Shown piece by piece: positions 25,659 through 32,000 of a stretch of 32,000 bases of DNA. The notes below the pieces were generated by a model. It saw only the letters and a program-made list of their open reading frames with translations, did not search any database and had not been told where the DNA came from. How positions within the stretch are numbered: the first letter of the stretch is position 1; each line of letters begins with the position of its first letter. Both the position numbers and the translations under genes were made by a program. The DNA comes from Candidatus Saccharimonas aalborgensis (GTDB lineage: Bacteria; Patescibacteriota; Saccharimonadia; Saccharimonadales; Saccharimonadaceae): assembly GCF_000392435.1 (NCBI RefSeq), contig NC_021219.1, positions 960,001-992,000 on the forward strand, read 5' to 3'.

Positions 25659-25680
25659 GGCAAAACCAAGCGAGTTGTCG

Positions 25681-26160
25681 CTATTTTTTATCTGTAGCTT
25701 CAGCTTCTTTGGCTGATTTTTGGATGGGTGTTGCGACTTTATCGAAACTACCACCTGCCTTTTCTATAGCAGCCACAACGTTCCTTGATGCGCCCTGAGT
25801 CTTGAGAGTGATCTTGCTCCCCAGTTCACCACGAGCGATTACCTTGACGGTATGGAACGGTGTCGCGATAAGATTTGCTTCGTACAGAGCATAGTTATCG
25901 ACGATACCCTTGAGTCCTTCAAGCCGATCAAGGTAGACAACCTGAGCTGGTGTTCGCAAACTTTTGAATCCTCGTGATTTTGGCACCGCAGTAGCGATGC
26001 CGTTTTGGCCACCCTGAAACATCGGACGCAGCTTCTTGCCAGTACGAGCATTCTGACCTTTTGTTCCGCGACCTGCTGTCTTGCCACCACCGGCAGCAAT
26101 TCCGCGGCCGACGCGCTTGCGATCCTTGTGCGTACTCATCTGGAGATCATTGTATTTCAT
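25681..26160 (-). CDS. rplO: 50S ribosomal protein L15
   Basis: 159 aa. RVGRGIAAGGGKTAGRGTKGQNAR. Start overlaps the rpsE stop (TAATG). Confidence 0.95.
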   Translation of the reverse strand: MKYNDLQMSTHKDRKRVGRGIAAGGGKTAGRGTKGQNARTGKKLRPMFQGGQNGIATAVPKSRGFKSLRTPAQVVYLDRLEGLKGIVDNYALYEANLIATPFHTVKVIARGELGSKITLKTQGASRNVVAAIEKAGGSFDKVATPIQKSAKEAEATDKK

Positions 26161-26822
26161 TACTTAGTCTCCTTTTTTGGCGCAACTTTTTTGGCGGGAG
26201 CTTTTTTGACAGCAGGCTTATCATCAGATTGAGCAGTCTTTTTCTCTGCAAGTGCGGCCTTTCTAGTTGTCTTTTCAGTAGTGGTCAACCATTTCTCGCG
26301 GGGAACAAGGCTCGAGAGTGCCTCAACAGTAGCGTAGGCAATGTTTACCTTGTTTGTGCTCCCGAGACTCTTTGAAAGCATGTTCCGGATACCGGTAACG
26401 CTGATAACCGAACGAACCACGCCGCCAGCAATGATACCAGTACCAGGTGCGGCCGGCTTGATGAGGACGCGTGCTCCTGAGAGCTTTACCTCAGTTTCAT
26501 GCGGAATGGTCTCGTTGACAACCGGAATCGTGACGAGATGCTTCTTGGCGACATCGGTTGCCTTGGCGATTGCTGTTTGCACATCGCTGCCTTTAGAAAC
26601 ACCAACGCCGATCTTATTTTTTCGGTTTCCTACGACGACAAGCGCCTTAAAACGAAACCGTCGGCCGCCGCTGACAACACGTGCCACACGGTCAATATTG
26701 ATAACGACTTCTTCGAACTCTTTTGGCGCCTCTGGCGTCTGGTTGCGCCGGTCATCGCGGCGACCACCACGAGCTGGGCGTGAACCCCGTGGCGTAGTTT
26801 GTGCAGTTGTATCTGCCATCAC
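26160..26822 (-). CDS. rpsE: 30S ribosomal protein S5 (N- and C-terminal extensions)
   Basis: 220 aa. VINIDRVARVVSGGRRFRFKALVVVGN core. GTG at 26822 or ATG at 26819 as start. Confidence 0.93.
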   Translation of the reverse strand: MMADTTAQTTPRGSRPARGGRRDDRRNQTPEAPKEFEEVVINIDRVARVVSGGRRFRFKALVVVGNRKNKIGVGVSKGSDVQTAIAKATDVAKKHLVTIPVVNETIPHETEVKLSGARVLIKPAAPGTGIIAGGVVRSVISVTGIRNMLSKSLGSTNKVNIAYATVEALSSLVPREKWLTTTEKTTRKAALAEKKTAQSDDKPAVKKAPAKKVAPKKETK

Positions 26823-27175
26823 TAAAACTCCAATCCTTCTTTACGTGCTGCATCTGCAAGTGCTCCCAGTCGGCCAGCATACTGGCGACCATTGCGGTCA
26901 AACACAACAGTGGTTATTTTTACTTTCTTAGCCTTCTTTGCAATTTCGGTACCGATACTGGCGCACTTTTCAGTCATCCTACCAGTCAGTTTGCTGCCTA
27001 CTGAGGTTGCGCTCGCAAGTGTATGTTGCTTGTCGTCATCAATTAACTGTGCGCTAACGTGCATATTGCTGATAACAACACTTAGTCGTGGTCTCTCGGC
27101 AGTACCGTGTACTTTTGCGCGAACACGACTCTTACGGAGGCTTCGGTTAAGCAGTTTTTTTGCTAAATTAGTCAT
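26822..27175 (-). CDS. rplR: 50S ribosomal protein L18
   Basis: 117 aa. RKSRVRAKVHGTAERPRLSVVISNMHVSAQLIDD ... FDRNGRQYAGRLGALADAARKEGLEF. Confidence 0.95.
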   Translation of the reverse strand: MTNLAKKLLNRSLRKSRVRAKVHGTAERPRLSVVISNMHVSAQLIDDDKQHTLASATSVGSKLTGRMTEKCASIGTEIAKKAKKVKITTVVFDRNGRQYAGRLGALADAARKEGLEF

Positions 27176-27195
27176 TACTTCTTCCCTGCCTTTCC
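27161..27195 (-). repeat. copy B of the duplicated rplF/rplR junction (functional rplR start)
   Basis: The - strand reads gga aag gca ggg aag aag taATG act aat tta gca. 28 of 35 nt identical to 27289-27323. Confidence 0.75.
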
Positions 27196-27303
27196 AGTCT
27201 GTGTATGAGACAAATCTACGGTTTTTCTCATCGCGCGGCGCACAGGAGTAAATCCTGATGCTCCGGCTGCTCTTTTCCCTTGGGTTATAGCTAGATCAGA
27301 CAT
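27175..27303 (-). CDS. 42-codon ORF exactly filling the rplF-rplR spacer
   Basis: My translation is MSDLAITQGKRAAGASGFTPVRRAMRKTVDLSHTQTGKAGKK. The ATG overlaps the rplF stop (TAATG) and the stop overlaps the rplR ATG (TAATG). Not in the track (under 60 aa). Confidence 0.4.
   Translation of the reverse strand: MSDLAITQGKRAAGASGFTPVRRAMRKTVDLSHTQTGKAGKK
27205..27278 (-). repeat. copy 2 of the ~73-nt structured element (rplF-rplR spacer)
   Basis: Aligns with 12666-12737. Flanks are conserved and the hairpin stems differ in a compensatory way. Confidence 0.7.
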
Positions 27304-27323
27304 TATTTTTTACCTGCCTTTCC
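27289..27323 (-). repeat. copy A of the duplicated rplF/rplR junction (functional rplF end)
   Basis: The - strand reads gga aag gca ggt aaa aaa taATG tct gat cta gct. Differences from copy B in the GKAGKK tail are all synonymous. Confidence 0.75.
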
Positions 27324-27839
27324 TGCTTTGCGGAGGATATGTTCACCAACGTATGCGATTCCCTTGCCCTTATATGGTTCGGGCTTCTTGATGGCTCGGA
27401 TCTCAGCGGCTACCTGACCGACAAGTTGCTTGTCAATCCCAGCGACTTTGATCGTCATCTTATCATTGATGATCTGAATACCAGCGGGTGCTTTGTACTT
27501 GACCGGGTGACTAAACCCGAGGCTCATATCGAGCTCGTTGTTGCTGGTACTCACGCGGTAGCCGACACCCTTGACCTCGAGTTGTTTCTCGAAGCCTTTG
27601 GTGACGCCCTCGACAGCATTGTTGAGGAGTGCACGCTGCAACCCATGCTGGGCCTTAGCGATGCGCTCGTCATCTTTGCGGGCGACAGTTAATTTACCGT
27701 CCTCGTGAGTGACAGTAACATCGGACAGATGCGGGACAGTCAACTCGCCCTTGGCGCCAGTGACCTTGATGACATCTGAATCGACTGTGATTGTCACACC
27801 CGAGGGAACAGTGATTGGTAGTTTTCCAATTCGACTCAT
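27303..27839 (-). CDS. rplF: 50S ribosomal protein L6
   Basis: 178 aa. MSRIGKLPITVPSGVTITV ... GYRVSTSNNELDMSLGFSHPV. Confidence 0.95.
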   Translation of the reverse strand: MSRIGKLPITVPSGVTITVDSDVIKVTGAKGELTVPHLSDVTVTHEDGKLTVARKDDERIAKAQHGLQRALLNNAVEGVTKGFEKQLEVKGVGYRVSTSNNELDMSLGFSHPVKYKAPAGIQIINDKMTIKVAGIDKQLVGQVAAEIRAIKKPEPYKGKGIAYVGEHILRKAGKAGKK

Positions 27840-27857
27840 ATCTTTACCTTTCTTTAC

Positions 27858-28040
27858 TTATTCAAGTTCTTCATCGTCGTTAACCGGAACATAAGTATTA
27901 AACATGTGCAATACCTGCTCTCGATGCTCTAGCGTTATGCCCAGCAAGGAAGATCCAGCAATTTTCTTGTAAAACTCAGTTGCCGCAGTATCGAGATAGT
28001 CTCGTTGCTCGGGTGTTAATTCTGCTCGTGCCTTGACCAT
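27858..28040 (-). CDS. orphan 60-aa ORF between rpsH and rplF
   Basis: The ATG lies 1 nt after the rpsH stop and the stop lies 18 nt before the rplF ATG. Helical-looking sequence with an acidic tail, NDDEELE. Confidence 0.5.
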   Translation of the reverse strand: MVKARAELTPEQRDYLDTAATEFYKKIAGSSLLGITLEHREQVLHMFNTYVPVNDDEELE

Positions 28041-28041
28041 A

Positions 28042-28443
28042 CTAGTAAACCTTTAGGAGGACCTCTCCGCCTAGTTTGTTGCGTACGGCCTCGCTGCCGG
28101 TCATCACACCCCTTGAGGTTGAGACAAGCACGATGCCACGGCCACTCTTGACCTTCGGAATCTCGCTTGCACTGGCATAGACACGACGTCCAGGCTTGCT
28201 GACACGGGCGATTTCATTGATAGTGCTGTTTTCGCCTTCGTTGTTGATCGTCACGACAAGTGTACCACGTGGTTTGCCATCCTCGAGCTTGACATCAACA
28301 AGATAGCCGTTTTTGACAAGTTGCTCGGCAACGACGTGCTTGATTTTGCTGGTAGGGACACGGATTTCACGCTTGCCAACAGCGGCAGCGTTCCTGATGC
28401 GAGTCAGGAGGTCAGCGATGGGGTCGGTTGTTTGTAAACTCAT
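28042..28443 (-). CDS. rpsH: 30S ribosomal protein S8
   Basis: The track ORF extends to 28467. MSLQTTDPIADLLTRIRNA at 28443 has AGGAGA upstream. Confidence 0.93.
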   Translation of the reverse strand: MSLQTTDPIADLLTRIRNAAAVGKREIRVPTSKIKHVVAEQLVKNGYLVDVKLEDGKPRGTLVVTINNEGENSTINEIARVSKPGRRVYASASEIPKVKSGRGIVLVSTSRGVMTGSEAVRNKLGGEVLLKVY

Positions 28444-28460
28444 GAATTGATCTCCTTTCT

Positions 28461-28730
28461 TTACCAACTACTCTTAGTGATACCAGGGATTTCTCCCTTG
28501 ACTGCTTTTTCACGGAAATTGATACGGCTCAGGCCAAAGCGGCGCATAAATCCTCGGGGTCGTCCGCTCAAAACATCGCGGTTTTTCCAACGAGTAGGGC
28601 TCGAGTTTCGAGGTAACTTCTGGAGGCCATCGACATCTCCCAACTCCTTGAGCTCTGCACGCTTGGCGGCGTATTTCTGAATCATTCGCTGACGCTTTGC
28701 ATCTTTTGCGATCATAGATTTCTTAGCCAT
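28461..28730 (-). CDS. rpsN: 30S ribosomal protein S14 (long, Cys-less form)
   Basis: 89 aa ending ...[21 protein letters not shown]. Confidence 0.93.
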   Translation of the reverse strand: MAKKSMIAKDAKRQRMIQKYAAKRAELKELGDVDGLQKLPRNSSPTRWKNRDVLSGRPRGFMRRFGLSRINFREKAVKGEIPGITKSSW

Positions 28731-29315
28731 TTAGCGGCCTCCTTCTTTCTCAAACGGTAGTCCAAATTTCTCGAGTAACGCGCGGCTTGCTAGTTTGTTG
28801 CCTTGCTTGATGGCAAACGTGATTTGCATGCCGTGGACGAGTTGTGTTTCCTCGAAACTTAGTTCGGGGAAAATGCTCTGGTCGGTGATACCGAGATTGT
28901 AGTTACCGCCGCGATCAAACTTGAGGCCGACGCCGTGAAAGTCGCGGACACGTGGCAATGCGACATTGACAAAACGATCGAGGAACTCGTACATTTGTGT
29001 ACCACGAAGGGTGACGTTGATGCCAACAGGCGCACCCATACCAGCACGGATCTTGAACGTCGCAATTGATTTCTTTGCGAGACGTTCGACGGGCGCTTGG
29101 CCTGTGACGCGAGTCAGTGTATTCTTGACGGTTTCAAGCATACGCTTGTCGTCTTTTGTCTTACCTGTTCCTACGCTGACGACGATTTTCTCGAGAACTG
29201 GTACTTCATGTACGTTATCGAGCTTCAGTTCGGCTTGCAGTTCCTTGACATAGGTGTCACGGTACAAGGCTTTCAAGCGAGGAGTGTAGACGGCTTGTTT
29301 CTTGGATTCTGCCAT
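28731..29315 (-). CDS. rplE: 50S ribosomal protein L5
   Basis: 194 aa. Core segments VPVLEKIVVSVGTG and ATFKIRAGMGAPVGINVTLRG. Confidence 0.95.
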   Translation of the reverse strand: MAESKKQAVYTPRLKALYRDTYVKELQAELKLDNVHEVPVLEKIVVSVGTGKTKDDKRMLETVKNTLTRVTGQAPVERLAKKSIATFKIRAGMGAPVGINVTLRGTQMYEFLDRFVNVALPRVRDFHGVGLKFDRGGNYNLGITDQSIFPELSFEETQLVHGMQITFAIKQGNKLASRALLEKFGLPFEKEGGR

Positions 29316-29632
29316 TACTTAATCTCCTTATTTTTGAGTTGGCGAGCGACGCGCGCTTTGCCACCATCAACTTTATGTACGTAGCCGACGCGGCTTGTCT
29401 TGCTCGTCTTTTCATCGACGACAAGGGCAAGCTTGTGTAGGCTAACGGCAACATGAATGTCTTTTTTGCCACCACGCGGGTTGAGCTGACTTGGTTTGAC
29501 ATGTCGATGTCCGAGGCCAACTCCCTCAACAAGTGCACCTTGAGCAGAGAGTGCGAGCACTTTGCCTGTGGTACCTTTTTGTGATCCGCTTATGATCTTG
29601 ACGATATCACCAGTACGAATACGCTGAGCCAT
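29315..29632 (-). CDS. rplX: 50S ribosomal protein L24
   Basis: The track ORF is over-extended to 29737. MAQRIRTGDIVKIISGSQKGTTGKV at 29632 has GGAGG upstream. Confidence 0.93.
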   Translation of the reverse strand: MAQRIRTGDIVKIISGSQKGTTGKVLALSAQGALVEGVGLGHRHVKPSQLNPRGGKKDIHVAVSLHKLALVVDEKTSKTSRVGYVHKVDGGKARVARQLKNKEIK

Positions 29633-29633
29633 A

Positions 29634-30002
29634 CTAGAGTACCTCCGGCGCAAGGCTGATGATCTTTGCGTAGCCCAGATCGCGCAGCTCGCGGGGTACG
29701 GGACCAAAGACACGCGTTGCCTTGGGGGTCTTGTCATCGTTGATAATTACTGCGGCGTTATCATCAAAGCAGATTGTGCTACCGTCGCGGCGGCGAATTT
29801 GATCGCGTGTGCGAACGATAACTGCCTTGACAACTGACTTTTTCTTGACGTTTCCGGTGGGGTTGGCATCTTTTACGCTTGCGGTAATGATATCACCAAC
29901 TCTCGCATAGCGACGCCTAGAGCCACCAAGCACCTTGATACAAAGGATTTCCTTTGCACCACTGTTGTCGGTGACCTTGAGACGAGTTTCTTGTTGGATC
30001 AT
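29634..30002 (-). CDS. rplN: 50S ribosomal protein L14
   Basis: The track ORF is over-extended to 30125. [27 protein letters not shown] starts at 30002. Confidence 0.95.
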   Translation of the reverse strand: MIQQETRLKVTDNSGAKEILCIKVLGGSRRRYARVGDIITASVKDANPTGNVKKKSVVKAVIVRTRDQIRRRDGSTICFDDNAAVIINDDKTPKATRVFGPVPRELRDLGYAKIISLAPEVL

Positions 30003-30003
30003 G

Positions 30004-30333
30004 CTATGCGCCCTCCTCGTCTTTCTTGTCATGGTCGAGGTCAATCTTGTCCTCGACGGCTTCGTTGACCTCAGATTTGAGTTCGATCGAGCCCTTGCTG
30101 CGCTCAACAATCTTTTCGAGCACAAATGACTTTGTCTTGCTCACTGGTCGACATTCGACAATTGTCACCTTGTCGCCTTTGTTGGCGTCGTTTTTGGGAT
30201 CATGAGCAGCATAGGTACGGTTTACCGTATACTGCTTGCCATAAATCGGGTGCGTCTCTCGACTTGTCACGGTGACGACAATCGTCTTGTCGGCAAGGCT
30301 TGAGGTCACCACACCGGTCAATGATTTGGCCAT
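30004..30333 (-). CDS. rpsQ: 30S ribosomal protein S17 (acidic C-terminal extension)
   Basis: 109 aa. [29 protein letters not shown]. Confidence 0.93.
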   Translation of the reverse strand: MAKSLTGVVTSSLADKTIVVTVTSRETHPIYGKQYTVNRTYAAHDPKNDANKGDKVTIVECRPVSKTKSFVLEKIVERSKGSIELKSEVNEAVEDKIDLDHDKKDEEGA

Positions 30334-30564
30334 TTAGTTACCTTCCTTTCCTGCCAGCTCGGCTGCACGTTTGGCAGTCATGAGACGGGCGATTTCTTTA
30401 CGTGTCGTACGGAGGATGCGTGGGTTGACGAGCTCTCCGGCACGGTGTGAACGGCGGCTCTCAAAGAGGTCTTGGCGCTTAGCGGCAAGCTGCTCTGTCA
30501 CACTGGCGGCTGGCTTCTCTGACTTAGGGGTAGACGTTTTGGTTGTCTTTTTAGGTTCAGCCAT
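30334..30564 (-). CDS. rpmC: 50S ribosomal protein L29
   Basis: 76 aa. LFESRRSHRAGELVNPRILRTTRKEIARL. Confidence 0.9.
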   Translation of the reverse strand: MAEPKKTTKTSTPKSEKPAASVTEQLAAKRQDLFESRRSHRAGELVNPRILRTTRKEIARLMTAKRAAELAGKEGN

Positions 30565-30565
30565 A

Positions 30566-30979
30566 TTATGCCTCCTCTCTCTTTACAAACCGTGTCTTGA
30601 CGGGCAATTTGTGTCCAGCGAGACGCATCGCTTCGCGAGCAATCTCTTCAGTAACACCTTTCATTTCAAATAGCACGGTTCCGGTCTTGACCTTTGCGAC
30701 GTAAAATTCGGGGTTGCCCTTACCACCACCCATTTTGAGGCCCAGTGGCTTACGCGTTACTGGTGTGTGCGGGAAGATGCGAATCCAGATCTTACCACCA
30801 CGCTTGATGTAACGTGTCATCGCCTGACGAGCAGACTCGATCTGGCGGCTCGTAATGCGCTCATTGTCGAGGCTTTGGAGGCCGTAGTCGCCGAAGGCAA
30901 CATAGTGGCCACGCGTCGCGACGCCATCGTTTTTGCCGATGCGAACTTTGCGATGCGGAACTTTCTTTGGCAGAAGCAT
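30566..30979 (-). CDS. rplP: 50S ribosomal protein L16
   Basis: 137 aa. [24 protein letters not shown]. Confidence 0.95.
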   Translation of the reverse strand: MLLPKKVPHRKVRIGKNDGVATRGHYVAFGDYGLQSLDNERITSRQIESARQAMTRYIKRGGKIWIRIFPHTPVTRKPLGLKMGGGKGNPEFYVAKVKTGTVLFEMKGVTEEIAREAMRLAGHKLPVKTRFVKREEA

Positions 30980-31623
30980 TAGACGTCACTCCTTTCACCC
31001 TTGTAGACCCATACTTTGACACCGATAATACCGGTACCATTAGGGCCAAGTGCACGTGCAGTATGGAAATCAATGTCAGCGCGAAGCGTATGAAGCGGGA
31101 CGGAACCCTCGATCACTTTTTCGCGACGGCTCATCTCGGCACCATTGAGTCGACCAGCGACCTCTATACGGATGCCTTTTGCACCAGCGTTCATGGCGTT
31201 TTGGGCAGCCATTTTGACCGCACGGCGGAAGTTGGCGCGGCGCTCAAGCTGACGAGCGATGTTTTCTGCAACCAGCTTTGCAGCGAGCTCGGGGCGTTTG
31301 ACTTCCTCAATATTGATGCGAACTGGCAAACTCGTGATTTTTTCGATATCTTTTTTGAGCTCAGTGACACCAGCACCACCTCGGCCGATGACGACGCCCG
31401 CTTTCGCAGTGTGAATTGTCACCGTGATGAGGTTTGCACTTCGCTCTACCTCAATTAAATTGATCGTTGGTCGACTCGCAAACTTAGCTTCGATGAGTTC
31501 GCGGACCCTTGCATCCTCCACCAGCCACTTGGCAAAATCACGCTTGTTTGAACTAAACCATCGTGAACTCCAGTTTTTGTGGACTTGGAGGCGGAAGCTA
31601 ATTGGGTTTACTTTTTGGCCCAT
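30979..31623 (-). CDS. rpsC: 30S ribosomal protein S3
   Basis: 214 aa. [23 protein letters not shown], and a KH domain [11 protein letters not shown]. Confidence 0.95.
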   Translation of the reverse strand: MGQKVNPISFRLQVHKNWSSRWFSSNKRDFAKWLVEDARVRELIEAKFASRPTINLIEVERSANLITVTIHTAKAGVVIGRGGAGVTELKKDIEKITSLPVRINIEEVKRPELAAKLVAENIARQLERRANFRRAVKMAAQNAMNAGAKGIRIEVAGRLNGAEMSRREKVIEGSVPLHTLRADIDFHTARALGPNGTGIIGVKVWVYKGERSDV

Positions 31624-31628
31624 ACTAT

Positions 31629-31829
31629 TTAAACCTCCTGTTCTTCTAGTTGAGCGAGAATTGCAGCTGCTTGTGCAACGCTCTCAGGTGAATGTACTGG
31701 AACCGGAGATGCTTCACGCAACTCTTGTGCGGGATACCAATCCCAGGGCATCGATACCTTACCTGGTTTATATTCTGCACCCTTAGGTAAGCCAAATTGG
31801 ATAACGTGCTTGGCTTGAGAGGTAATCAT
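31629..31829 (-). CDS. orphan 66-aa ORF between rplV and rpsC
   Basis: The ATG overlaps the rplV stop (TAATG). Its 3' end carries the rpsC SD (GGAGG) and stops 5 nt before the rpsC ATG. No motif recognised. Confidence 0.5.
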   Translation of the reverse strand: MITSQAKHVIQFGLPKGAEYKPGKVSMPWDWYPAQELREASPVPVHSPESVAQAAAILAQLEEQEV

Positions 31830-32000
31830 TATTTTTCCCCCTTTGTAGTAGCCTCAGTTTTCTTCTCGGCTGGTTTCTTACGAACTTTTTCGGTACCACT
31901 TACCTCGACGAGGATGTGGCTACTGCGCTTTTGGAATGGCAAGGCGCGTCCGCGTGATGCAGGCTTGAACCGTCGCATACGAGGACCGGCGGTAACGCTT
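31829..32000 (-). CDS. rplV: 50S ribosomal protein L22, C-terminal part (5' end outside window)
   Basis: My translation is ...SVTAGPRMRRFKPASRGRALPFQKRSSHILVEVSGTEKVRKKPAEKKTEATTKGEK stop. This matches the L22 C-terminal pattern. Confidence 0.88.
   Translation of the reverse strand, partial: SVTAGPRMRRFKPASRGRALPFQKRSSHILVEVSGTEKVRKKPAEKKTEATTKGEK

Noticed and set aside
29633-30125. N-terminal extensions of track ORFs for rplN (to 30125), rplX (to 29737), rpsD (to 21015), rpsH (to 28467) and the LPxTG protein (from 2798)
   Set aside because: The extensions overlap upstream genes and are Arg/Ser-rich nonsense. Canonical r-protein N-termini with SD sequences lie at the internal ATGs that I annotated.
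31629-31829. The 66-aa ORF as a duplicated rpsC 5' end (analogous to the rplF/rplR junction duplication)
   Set aside because: The resemblance is at a few amino acids only. Nucleotide identity over the aligned codons is low and no flanking direct repeat is visible.
1-32000. CRISPR arrays, IS elements, prophage, integrase/RT/Cas-like genes, rRNA genes
   Set aside because: I found no regularly spaced direct repeats and no ORF with recognisable transposase, integrase, RT or Cas motifs. I found no rRNA-like conserved stretches on either strand.

Overview
All calls are made by eye from the sequence and the ORF track; no searches were run. The window reads as a reduced-genome, Gram-positive-type bacterium, compatible with CPR/Patescibacteria such as Saccharibacteria. 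That placement is inference, based on r-protein cluster content, absence of L30, LPxTG cargo and a GH57/GH15 glucan operon.

Layout:
- 1-2735 (- strand): truncated sensor histidine kinase, YgjP-type metallohydrolase, P-loop kinase-like protein.
- 2864-9890 (+ strand): LPxTG surface protein, then a glycosyltransferase/GH57/GH15/unknown operon. tRNA-Trp lies between them on the - strand.
- 9871-17953 (- strand): rpmG, a frameshifted Nudix gene, yajQ, a tRNA-Thr/Tyr/Thr set, a TPR protein, holB-like, an RluA-family synthase, trpS, an AstE/AspA-family hydrolase and a frameshifted GNAT.
- 18176-32000 (- strand): one S10-spc-alpha ribosomal supercluster, rplV to rpsI.

The supercluster is the unusual part:
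1. secY is cut off from its neighbours by two G+C-rich, opposite-strand, self-contained transcription units. adk, map and rpmD are absent.
2. The first unit (22353-22850) is packed with near-perfect hairpins and may be a structured RNA rather than, or as well as, a 116-codon ORF.
3. The second unit (24377-25125) is an orphan 151-aa ORF bracketed by a perfect 15-bp inverted repeat.
4. A ~73-nt element with compensatory stem changes occurs twice, in the tRNA-Thr/tRNA-Tyr spacer and between rplF and rplR. At rplF/rplR it sits inside a 35-nt duplication of the gene junction and forms an exactly fitting 42-codon ORF.
5. Orphan ORFs of 60, 66 and 144 aa are inserted at r-protein gene junctions.

Also noted: a promoter/leader-ORF/antiterminator/terminator arrangement upstream of the GNAT-to-trpS operon.

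I saw no CRISPR array and no transposase, integrase, reverse transcriptase or Cas-like ORF.
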